From: Stramenopiles sp. TOSAG23-2
Lineage: Eukaryota
Direction of reading: 5' to 3'
Assembly: GCA_900128395.1 (NCBI GenBank)
Contig: LT649265.1
Location: 1-52,020, forward strand
Length of the DNA stretch: 52,020 nucleotides
Positions 42,907-52,020 of the stretch are shown piece by piece (the stretch's first letter is position 1; every line of letters starts with the position of its first letter). The notes below the pieces were generated by a model. That model saw only the letters and a program-made list of their open reading frames with translations. It searched no databases and had not been told where the DNA came from. The translations under genes were made by a program, and so were the position numbers.

Positions 42907-45000
42907 ATGCACAACTATTATTTTATTATATTATTATTCATAATATCACATTTAATATTATTATATCCATGTAATGCACATATCAATAATAATCATCATC
43001 ATCGCCAACAACAACAAGATGATTACCACCACCACCATCACAATCGTACACATAAATGTATACATGATCATGTAAAAGATATTATTAATAATGCCCCAAA
43101 ATTATCAACAAAACCAGACTTGTATATAAATTTAAATTATATAAAAGGAACGAAAAGAAGAAATTTAAACACGGTGCCATGGCTTCCATTACGTATACAA
43201 GTTATTTTTAAGCTTGAAAATACACCATTAAGTACTGCGAAACAAAATTTTTTAAGAAATAAATTATTGCCTGAATCAGTTAACTATTGGAATCAAGCAT
43301 TAGCAGTTCGTCGACCTGCTAAACTATTAGTTGAAGGTAATTGTACACATGTATTTGGATCGCCGTATCAACATATTTGCGGTGTTGTATCGGAAGAAAA
43401 TTATTGTGCAGATATTAAAATTGATAATTCTTTAGTAGCAAAACATGCATATTATGATCAACCTGGTGAAACGGCAAAATTTAAACCAGCAACAGATGGT
43501 GCTGGTACTACAGAAGCAGATTTTATATTATATGTAACTGCATCTAGTACGACACATTGTGGTACAACTTCTACTGGAGATGATACTTTAGCATATGCAG
43601 CTATGTGTAGATCCGATTCAAATGATAGACCAGTTATGGGGTATGCAAATTTTTGCCCAAACATGGTCGATGATACAGTATCAAAATATTGGCAACAATT
43701 TAAAACGGCAAAACATGAAATTGCACATGCATTAGGATTTTCAAGTAATTCATGGTCATTAATGCGTAATTCAGATGGTACGCAACGTACGACGGATCAT
43801 ACAAAACAATCATATACATGTGCAAATGGGGCAAATCCGATTACCCAAACAATTGATGTGCCAAGTACAAATACGATATCTACAGTAACAAAACGTGGTA
43901 AAACGGTTAATTTAATAGTTACAGAACGTGTCAAAGAAGTTGCACGTGCATATTATGGGTGTAATTCCATCGAAGGTGCAGAGCTTGAAGATCAAATTGG
44001 TCCTGGTTGTCTTGGTTCGCATTGGGAAGAACGCACTTTATTTGATGAATTGATGTCACCATTAGCTGATAATCATTATGCTGGAAATCGTATATCCAAG
44101 TTTACTTTGGCTTTATTTGAAGATATGGGATGGTACAAAGCAAATTATAGCATTGCAGATGCATTGCAATTTGGTAAAAATGCTGGATGTGATTTTTTAA
44201 ATGAAAAATGTATCAATCCAACAAATGGGAAGCCTTTGCCATTGCCAAAGAATACGTTTTGTTCCCCTGCCAGTAGCAATGGTGATTCGTGTACGTTTGA
44301 TTTTCGTGGGATTGGTAGTTGTCAAAGTGGAAGTTACTCAGGTAATTTGCCAACTATATATCAATATTTTCCAAGTACACCTAATCGTGGTGGAACGATG
44401 GCACATGTTGATTATTGCCCAATGATTTTACCATATAGTAATACAGATTGCCAAGATTCAACACAAAATACACTACGTACTCAAAATGTGTATGGATTTT
44501 TGTACAGTTTGGATTCATTTTGTGCAAATTCATCATTATTTGATATCGTGTATCAAAATCCAAATCTATACGTTCCAAATTGTTTTAAAATGAAATGCTA
44601 TTCAAATCCGAATACTATACAAGTAACGATCCGGCGGAAGAGTGGAAGTGTAGGTTGTATTCAAGGCATTGGTTGTGGTGCAGATGAAGATATTAGTTTT
44701 AATTGTGAAACAGATGGCCAAGTAAAGACTGTTGCTGGATTCAATGGCGAATTTATTTGTCCAAAATATGATGATATTTGCTCTCAAAAACCGATTGGTA
44801 TAAATTTACCAGGGTTACCCGAGACTGGGGATAGTGGCAGTACAAAAGATGGCACGGAAGGAACAGATAATGTCGATGGAACAACTGATGACAAAAACAG
44901 TACATCACGATTAAATGGAGAAATTAGCTTCTTGGGCACTCGAGTAACATTGTTGAGTAGTTTTATCATGGCATTTATATTGTCTATGATGTTTGTTTGA
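42907..45000 (+). CDS. Leishmanolysin/GP63-like M8 metalloprotease, probably GPI-anchored
   Basis: Signal peptide, HKCIHD pro-region Cys switch, HEIAHALGF zinc motif, GAELED..GSHWEER..ELMS, DYCP, hydrophobic C-terminal tail. Confidence 0.95.
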   Translation: MHNYYFIILLFIISHLILLYPCNAHINNNHHHRQQQQDDYHHHHHNRTHKCIHDHVKDIINNAPKLSTKPDLYINLNYIKGTKRRNLNTVPWLPLRIQVIFKLENTPLSTAKQNFLRNKLLPESVNYWNQALAVRRPAKLLVEGNCTHVFGSPYQHICGVVSEENYCADIKIDNSLVAKHAYYDQPGETAKFKPATDGAGTTEADFILYVTASSTTHCGTTSTGDDTLAYAAMCRSDSNDRPVMGYANFCPNMVDDTVSKYWQQFKTAKHEIAHALGFSSNSWSLMRNSDGTQRTTDHTKQSYTCANGANPITQTIDVPSTNTISTVTKRGKTVNLIVTERVKEVARAYYGCNSIEGAELEDQIGPGCLGSHWEERTLFDELMSPLADNHYAGNRISKFTLALFEDMGWYKANYSIADALQFGKNAGCDFLNEKCINPTNGKPLPLPKNTFCSPASSNGDSCTFDFRGIGSCQSGSYSGNLPTIYQYFPSTPNRGGTMAHVDYCPMILPYSNTDCQDSTQNTLRTQNVYGFLYSLDSFCANSSLFDIVYQNPNLYVPNCFKMKCYSNPNTIQVTIRRKSGSVGCIQGIGCGADEDISFNCETDGQVKTVAGFNGEFICPKYDDICSQKPIGINLPGLPETGDSGSTKDGTEGTDNVDGTTDDKNSTSRLNGEISFLGTRVTLLSSFIMAFILSMMFV

Positions 45001-45215
45001 GGAGGAGTGTTTAATAAAAAACATTTCTTTTAATTTTGTAATTTTTTATATAATATACACGACGCACATATCGTAAAAATTACGAGCTTTTGTAAATTTT
45101 TTAGATTTTTTTTTAAATATAACGCACTTCGTATAGCACCGTACTTCTCGTATTTTTAATTAAAATGGATTTAAATGTATTTATGAATACGTAGTTCGTA
45201 TGATACATGTTTTTT

Positions 45216-46214
45216 TTACAACTCATCATCATCCTCCCAACCACCACTTGGTCCAATTAATTGAATAGGATAATGATCGCTAGTATGTTCCGTCCAATTG
45301 TTTTTAATAACTTCTGCGTTTGCCGGTACATCATATGTACTTTCCCATTTCGTTTTAAAGGCATCATTTACCATGATATAATCAATTCGTACGGTTGGAT
45401 ATGGTTGTGAATAAACTTCGGTTGGATATGATCCTTGACAAGTAAATTTCTTTGAATCGTACCAACATAAATCCGTCATATTTGCTGATAGAATAATATT
45501 CACTGGATCATAATCTATTTTACCATCTTTACATGCCCATTCACATGCTTGATTTGGGCAACTACAATTGTAATCTTTGTGAAGTCCAGCAGCACCATCT
45601 TGTGGAGACAAAGAATTAAAATCTCCAAATACGACTACTGGCATACCTAATGCATTGTATTTTTCTACTTTTTCTTTTACAATTTGTGCTTCAATTTCCC
45701 TATTGCTTGAACTAAATGGATTTAATTGAACAAGAATATATATCACATCTTCTATTTTAGCAATTGCACCGGAATGTGAAAAATTTTTCTTAAGTCCTTC
45801 TAGAAAAACAATTTCACTTTTTGACATAAATGCTAAATGATATTCGTCACCTGGAAATTCTACAAGTAAGGAATATTTATATCCCATAGCTGAAGCAATA
45901 ATATCTACTGATGGCTTATCCGTAGTTGCATTAACAATCCAAGTTTTTGCTTCAGTAATACCAAGTACATCAAATTGATTATTCTTTAAATATTGCGTCA
46001 TTGTACCGGCCGTTGGATCTCCACCACTACCCCACAATGGTATCAACCACGATGGTCTCCCTGGTTTTGAAAATGCACCATCCCAAATATTATATTCAGA
46101 TATACTTCTTGGAAATGCAAATGTTATCGTAGTTGCATATATTAAAAATGATATCATCAATAATTGGAAATGTAGAAAAAACATATTATTATTATTGTAA
46201 GAAAATGATGTCAT
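45216..46214 (-). CDS. Secreted endonuclease/exonuclease/phosphatase (EEP) family protein
   Basis: EYNIWDG, DVLGITE, VFGDFNS, RIDYIMV and SDHYPI motifs; signal peptide. Confidence 0.9.
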   Translation of the reverse strand: MTSFSYNNNNMFFLHFQLLMISFLIYATTITFAFPRSISEYNIWDGAFSKPGRPSWLIPLWGSGGDPTAGTMTQYLKNNQFDVLGITEAKTWIVNATTDKPSVDIIASAMGYKYSLLVEFPGDEYHLAFMSKSEIVFLEGLKKNFSHSGAIAKIEDVIYILVQLNPFSSSNREIEAQIVKEKVEKYNALGMPVVVFGDFNSLSPQDGAAGLHKDYNCSCPNQACEWACKDGKIDYDPVNIILSANMTDLCWYDSKKFTCQGSYPTEVYSQPYPTVRIDYIMVNDAFKTKWESTYDVPANAEVIKNNWTEHTSDHYPIQLIGPSGGWEDDDEL

Positions 46215-46520
46215 GATGATAATATAAATTTAATTTTACAAAAAAAAAGAAAAAAAAAGAAAAATGCAATTACTAAACGATATTATGATATATTATTATG
46301 ATATACGTATGATTAAATTGGTATGATTATATTGGATGATGAGGAAAGTAGTTTGAACGAATTATAACGGGTATATATTATTTTTTGTACTTTTATTAAT
46401 AAAAGAAAGTGTGTATTTTGGATGAGATGATTGAAGAAAAAAAAAATCATTTCACCTGCTATGTGCCTATTAGATGAAACAGCTCCGGAGCAGGACGAAT
46501 TGATGCACAAATTCGTTCCG

Positions 46521-46745
46521 GAGCCATTTTTTTGAGTGTCTAATATGACTATTTCCTTAAAACATAATAATATATTATAAATGATAACATTATATTTTCT
46601 ATAGATTTAAGGAAAAGTTAAGAATTGTTTTGAGTGTCTAATATGAGTATTTCCTTAAAACATAATAATATTATAAATGATAATATTATATTTTCTATCA
46701 ATTTAAGGAAAAGTCTATAAAAAAGGCACTCAAAAAAAATGGCTC
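46521..46745. mobile_element. MITE-like element with ~21-bp TIRs and an internal ~98-bp tandem duplication
   Basis: gagccatttttttgagtgtct at the left; aggcactcaaaaaaaatggctc at the right; interior ttttgagtgtctaatatga..atttaaggaaaagt occurs twice (from 46530 and 46628). Confidence 0.75.
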
Positions 46746-47422
46746 AACTTTTTTCATTCGATCGCACTTTTCGCACCTTCTTGCGCCGCGTTTGATCTGC
46801 TGGGTGATGTGTGTGCTGTGAAGGTGCAAATTGAGTTTTGGTGAGCGAAGAAGAGAAAATGTGCCTTCTGGCCTTCCTCTCTGGCCAATGGTACCCACCT
46901 GGTATTTCGATGTAAATATACAATTTCCTGTGTCGAATGCTCCTCGGAATGTTGCGAATAGCAATAATAATGCGTGTGACGAAGAAGAACGTTAAAATAC
47001 ATGCAAAAAAAACAGAATAAATATAAAACAACATTGTTGTTGGAAAGGAAAAGGTGGAACGGGGAAGAAAGTACCTATACTGTCATTTGAAATACAACAC
47101 GTTTCAACATATTTTTCATACCACTTGCATTGTGTGTATATATATATTATATTATAGTAGCGACAATAAGAATTACATTCATTATTATTGTATCCTTTAA
47201 TTACAATATAATACAATTCTACAATCCAAGATTATATTTATTATTTGATTTGTAAATTAGTACAATTAATATTATGATAATTAGTATATAATAAAAATAT
47301 ATAAACATTTTTTTTTAGCGCACATATATATATATATATACATTACACAATAGGATACATTTTTGATTCATTTATTGTATATTTTAAAGATAATAATTTT
47401 AATACAATAAGCTACGTAAAAC

Positions 47423-49918
47423 ATGCAGTATACAAAAGTATGGTTTGTTTTAAACCTTTTTATGAGTTTATTTTTAACGGTGTCATTTTTATATTTAAAT
47501 AATAGAAGAGTTGCAGATGATAATCATCCAAAAACAAGCCAGTTGAATAAACAAATTTCACCAACTATTATGAAAAGTGCTCTTAAAGTGGATAATAATG
47601 GTGGTGATTCAAACATTAAATCATGGAAATTGATAAAACAATTTTCTTTCTGCCTTTCTGCAGAAGCTCCAGAGGCTGGTGAAGTAACACTTACGAAAGG
47701 ATCTGCTGTTCATCTAGAACGGTGTAACCCGTCTGATCCGTTGCAATATTTTCGATACAATAAAAAAACAGGTCAAATTATTACCAAGCTAAGAAATAAA
47801 GATGGAAATCCAATGTGCTTAGATGCATATAATGTAAAGGGTCGTTTTGGTTCTGTACAAATGTATACGTGCCATAAGGCAACTAACAAAAATCCAAGCC
47901 AAAAATGGGATATAGGTAAGAAAACTGGAAAAGAAAGATATCGCATTGTAAGCAGAACAAAGTTATGTTTGACAACACGAAATAAAGATGCACTTGCTCA
48001 TGGTGCATGGAGTAGTTCTTTTTCAAACATGCCTCAGCAATTTAGGGACTACCACAAATCTGCTGGTAATGATTATGCAGCTGTTCGAATGTGTACTTGG
48101 AATTATAATTTTTTCTATTCAAGAATGCAACGTTGGCGATTTGCTTCTCCTACTATTACAAGCGATGATGATTCGACTCAAAAAATTTCCTCTCATGACG
48201 GGGTAACAGTTCTATTGACGGTAACAGATTTAGAAAAAGCAGAGCCAATAACGCAACAAATTTCTTATACGTATCCTGGAATTCATATAATCATTATATC
48301 CGGGGGAGAAATTCCTGAATCGGATATTGCTGATTTTCATGGTAATGTAATTGGTTTAAAAGAAATTATGAAAGATGAAAAGTTTTTACCTTCTATGATC
48401 AAAACTAATTATGTTCTTGTTATGGGAGGTTCTAATCAATTAATGCCAGATTTCGATTTCCATAGTTTAATAGAAAGTCTCGAAGGTGATCCAAGTATAT
48501 TAGCATCTGCTGGCTTTTTGCAAGATGAAAGAACGCTTTATCGGCCATGTTACACGGCAATAAAAATTCCCATAGAGGAGGTTGAAAAGTTTAAGTTGCA
48601 TCTTGAATCGCAAGAACTAGAAGCTGTAAACAAAACACAAAAAGCTGCTCAAGATTTTTTAGCATTTTACAAAGTAGGCCTTGCTCAACTAGGAGCATAT
48701 CGAAAAAAAGCAAAAAAACAAAGCGGATCTACCGGCTTGTTATCGGAGACGAAAGAAAAACAAACTAGATTTGCAAAGGAAAAGAAACCAGTAGATTTAA
48801 ATAGTGGGAGAACACATGAAAAATTTTGGGTCGAAGGGTATTTTCAATTATCAAAGAGTGCTACAATGGCATGCGATCGAAGTTCGAAACCTGTAATGGT
48901 ACGGAAAGGAGATATAATGCATGTATTGGAACAAGATTTAATCGATGTAAGAAACAAAAAAAATCAAGACAATATTGATACAGGACCATTGGAATGGAAA
49001 CCAAAGGAACTTGTTGACGGGATAGAAGTGGATGGGAAAATGAGAAGGATTTCAGTTAATCCAGGGTATCGATCTCGAACTTCAGCATATACATGCACTC
49101 AGGATCCAAATACTTTCAGCCCATTAGAGGATTGTTTTTTACCCCCAGACGACATGGAAGAACCATTATCACTTGATCAAATATGGACTACATCCAGCCC
49201 ATGTGGTAAAGTAGAAGGAGTTGCAGAAAAGCGTATGAAAGTTCGCTTATTTTCTCAAGCTTTGTCGTATTTTGGTAGATTTATTTACGAAATGCCTTAT
49301 TATTATATGGATGGATCCTTGCTTGGTATGATTAAACTTGGTAGCTTTGCTCCGTGGGATTCTGATTTGGATGTTATGTTGCAATTACCAAAGTATTTTG
49401 ATAAATCTCCAGAGGGAGTGGAAGAGTTTTCTCGCATGATCTACATTACATTGCGTGGAATGCGTTTATCGATACAAGAGAAAGAGAAAAAAGATAAGAA
49501 AATTTTCAAATGGATCAACCCAACAACATTTCACACATATATACCTGTAACATCGATGTGGATTAGCTCTTGGTTTACAGTTTGCAAGAAAAACGATGAT
49601 TATACTATTAATGAACCATGGGAATCGTGTTTGAAAAAGTTAAAAAATGAAACATTGGTATTCAAAAATGGCTATTCTAGGAAAAGCATACAAACTGATC
49701 TTCACATGACTTATCCAGAATCATATTTGGGTAAAGGAACGAAGCAAACTGGAAACCTTCGCATTGCTGATAAAAATGCATTTTATTACGTACCATATCA
49801 TTATATAGAAACTTTGTATTGGTGGTACGATAAAGAGCGAATGCTACGAAATCCATGGGATTGCGAATGGAAATATCCATTGTTTTATCCGCCGTACAAA
49901 ACTAAGCCATATACGTAG
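47423..49918 (+). CDS. Type II membrane protein: ricin-B lectin + GT-A-like stem + LicD/fukutin-family nucleotidyltransferase (FKRP-like)
   Basis: N-terminal TM; ricin repeats (LERCNPSDPLQYF, MCLDA..MYTCH..SQKW, QRW); LicD motif YMDGSLLGMIKLGSFAPWDSDLDV. Confidence 0.85.
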   Translation: MQYTKVWFVLNLFMSLFLTVSFLYLNNRRVADDNHPKTSQLNKQISPTIMKSALKVDNNGGDSNIKSWKLIKQFSFCLSAEAPEAGEVTLTKGSAVHLERCNPSDPLQYFRYNKKTGQIITKLRNKDGNPMCLDAYNVKGRFGSVQMYTCHKATNKNPSQKWDIGKKTGKERYRIVSRTKLCLTTRNKDALAHGAWSSSFSNMPQQFRDYHKSAGNDYAAVRMCTWNYNFFYSRMQRWRFASPTITSDDDSTQKISSHDGVTVLLTVTDLEKAEPITQQISYTYPGIHIIIISGGEIPESDIADFHGNVIGLKEIMKDEKFLPSMIKTNYVLVMGGSNQLMPDFDFHSLIESLEGDPSILASAGFLQDERTLYRPCYTAIKIPIEEVEKFKLHLESQELEAVNKTQKAAQDFLAFYKVGLAQLGAYRKKAKKQSGSTGLLSETKEKQTRFAKEKKPVDLNSGRTHEKFWVEGYFQLSKSATMACDRSSKPVMVRKGDIMHVLEQDLIDVRNKKNQDNIDTGPLEWKPKELVDGIEVDGKMRRISVNPGYRSRTSAYTCTQDPNTFSPLEDCFLPPDDMEEPLSLDQIWTTSSPCGKVEGVAEKRMKVRLFSQALSYFGRFIYEMPYYYMDGSLLGMIKLGSFAPWDSDLDVMLQLPKYFDKSPEGVEEFSRMIYITLRGMRLSIQEKEKKDKKIFKWINPTTFHTYIPVTSMWISSWFTVCKKNDDYTINEPWESCLKKLKNETLVFKNGYSRKSIQTDLHMTYPESYLGKGTKQTGNLRIADKNAFYYVPYHYIETLYWWYDKERMLRNPWDCEWKYPLFYPPYKTKPYT

Positions 49919-50385
49919 AGTATATATAATATATTTTATATATGAGCACATGAGGACACGGTATAATTTAACTTTTCGTAAAAAAAAATTTTGATATCAT
50001 ATGTAATATATGTTATATACGACGTATTACGTCAAGTAATTGTAAAAACAAATAACACGACTCCAACCATTTTTAAGTGGTACAGCTGAAGCACCATTCT
50101 ACACTATTTAATATATATAAAGGTCTTTCCTGTTGTTCTAAAAATCTAAAAATTCTACGTACGTATCTACAATAGTTTCTACAAAAAATGCAAACCAGCA
50201 AAGTGCCAAACCATCATATATTATTATAGACTCTCACAATAAAGCATATTAATTCAATTAATATTATTAAATAATAAAGATATTTTGTTGATCTGGTTGA
50301 TCTGCACATCTGGTCACAATATAATAAAAGTACAAAAACAGAAGACAATGCATATATATACCCTGTAATACACACCGTAAAGAAT

Positions 50386-52020
50386 ATGTCCCCGAACCAA
50401 CATCTTCGCTTTCTTCGCGAGTATCATTGTTGCCATTATGTTTACTTATTGTTCATTTTTTTTTTAAGTTATTTGAATTGTACTACACTAGCCAAATTAA
50501 CATTATCTACTATTTTTTCTGACAATTTAATTTTGCCAGCAAAACCACTTCGTGCAAACATTTTTGGTAAAACAACATCTGGTAAGAATGTTAAAATACA
50601 AGTTCAATTAGAATTATGCAGTAAAACAACAACAATAAGCACAATAACATGCGTTGAAGATATTCGAGCCGAAGGAACATCAACTAATGAGAATGGAGCT
50701 TTTGAAATAATATTACCAGAAAGAGAAGCAATTGAATTTGAAATTGGAAGTAACACACTACCACAATTTTGGAAATTAATAATCACTGATACAAGTGATT
50801 CAAGTACGTTGAAATTTAATAACATTTTGTTTGGAGATATATATTTTGCAACGGGCCAATCCAATTTGATGTTTGGTACCTGGAAGGCAAGAGAATTTGC
50901 AAAAATGAAATCAGAAGCTTCAAAGTACCCACATTTAAGAATGTATAATGTAAAATTTGATATTGATTCAGCAGCACCTACCGAAACAATCGAAGGTGTT
51001 CCAGGATTTGACGGTTGGAAAATTAGCAGTGACGCATTAGTGCAAGGCTTGAACAGAAATGCAGGTACTTCTCGTGATGTGTTCGTTCCGCCATCTGCAG
51101 TAGCATATTCATTTGGAAAAGGAATACAAGATATACTCAGCCAACAACAACTTTCATCGTCAAAAAAAGTTGTTCCAATAGGTATTATTGTAAGTGTTGC
51201 GCGTGGTGCTGGAATAATATCATGGATATCTAAAAATGCAAATTCTGATCCAACATGTACTGATGTATGGTTAGATACAAGTCAAACTGCGTTAAAGTGG
51301 GGAAGTATTCCTAGAACTAGAAAATCACATTTATGGAATGCAATTGTTTACCCCTTGTTGCGTTTTCCTGTCCGTGGATATTTATGGTACCATGGAAGTT
51401 ATGATCGCCAAGTTGCGGAAGAATTTGGGGATAAATATTTAGCATCATATGCCTGTTTGCAAAAAGCTATGATTCGTGATTATCGTAATAAGTGGCAGAA
51501 ATATGATAAAGTAAATGGAATAGGAAATTTCATTACTGTAAGTGCACATCCTGCAAAATATCGTAAAAAATTTGATCAAGAAAAAGCTGTTGTTCTTTTT
51601 AGAATCGCACAAGCATCTCCACAATACGATGCATCCATTGATGGTGCTGGAATTATTCCAACGTATGAGTAAGTAAAATTCTATTGCCCTAACCCTATAT
51701 ATACAAGATAAAACCTCTCTAACATCACATTGCACTTTTTTATACGCTATACGCTCCACAGCATGGGGGATACAAATGGTATTGGAATAGGAAATCATCC
51801 AGCTAAAAAATCAGAAATTGGACGTCGTGCTGCATTTATGATGACAAATTTAACATATGGAAACATGGCGATCAATGTTGCCAGCACCGGCCCTACAATG
51901 TATAGTCCATATTATGATGTAGCAAATGATAAAAACCATTTGTATCTTGAATTTAAGACATACAATTCTGCGAAAATCATTTATCATGGCACTCCTTCAT
52001 GGGACGCAAACGATTTAACA
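50386..52020 (+). CDS. Sialate O-acetylesterase (SASA, SGNH hydrolase)-like protein; exons 50386-51668 and 51762 onward, running off the window
   Basis: LSTIFSDNLIL, NILFGDIYFATGQSN, SAVAYSFG, VPIGII, LWNAIVYPL; after splicing TYD-MGD..NHPAKKSEIGRRAA..YG..GP. Confidence 0.88.
51669..51761 (+). other. Spliceosomal GT-AG intron, 93 nt
   Basis: GTAAGT donor, CTAAC branch-like words, CACAG acceptor; removal deletes the in-frame TAA and restores the SASA C-terminal motifs. Confidence 0.9.

Noticed and set aside
51687-51699. Telomere-like CCCTAACCCTA (also TTAGGGTTAG near 22524)
   Set aside because: Under two units; the first lies in an intron and doubles as a branch-like CTAAC.
1-52020. Alternative genetic code or prokaryotic/viral origin
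   Set aside because: Long ORFs end at TAA, TAG and TGA at sensible domain ends, GT-AG introns are present, and the genes are typical eukaryotic nuclear families.

Overview
Eukaryotic nuclear DNA: AT-rich (roughly 30% GC by eye), gene-dense and intron-poor, using the standard code. Two short GT-AG introns can be placed exactly (109 and 93 nt). Poly-Asn/Gln/Lys tracts and (CA)n/(GA)n/(TA)n microsatellites are common. The gene families suggest a heterotrophic protist, probably a stramenopile (inference only). There are about 22 protein genes: saposin, ML-domain protein, SYS1, FN3-WW-HECT ligase, two WD40 proteins, WW/SH3/LRR protein, multi-TM LRR-LNR protein, SLC17 transporter, Cys-rich surface protein, alpha/beta hydrolase, CID-S1-S1 protein, CorA-like transporter, two RING proteins, leishmanolysin, EEP phosphatase, ricin-LicD (FKRP-like) protein, sialate O-acetylesterase-like protein and a few hypotheticals. 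There is also one internally deleted Gfo/Idh/MocA gene. I saw no rRNA, tRNA, CRISPR array or transposase. The most unusual signals are: (1) a CID protein with duplicated S1 domains and its own Pro-rich heptad tail; (2) a WW-repeat protein with an SH3 domain and helical segments inserted inside otherwise compact domains; (3) a ricin + FKRP-like LicD protein next to a catalytically divergent O-acetylesterase; (4) a dispersed element found three times just 3' of minus-strand genes; (5) clustering of TACGAA/TTCGTA words downstream of genes; (6) three unrelated MITE-like inverted-repeat elements. None of these can be called novel without database searches.
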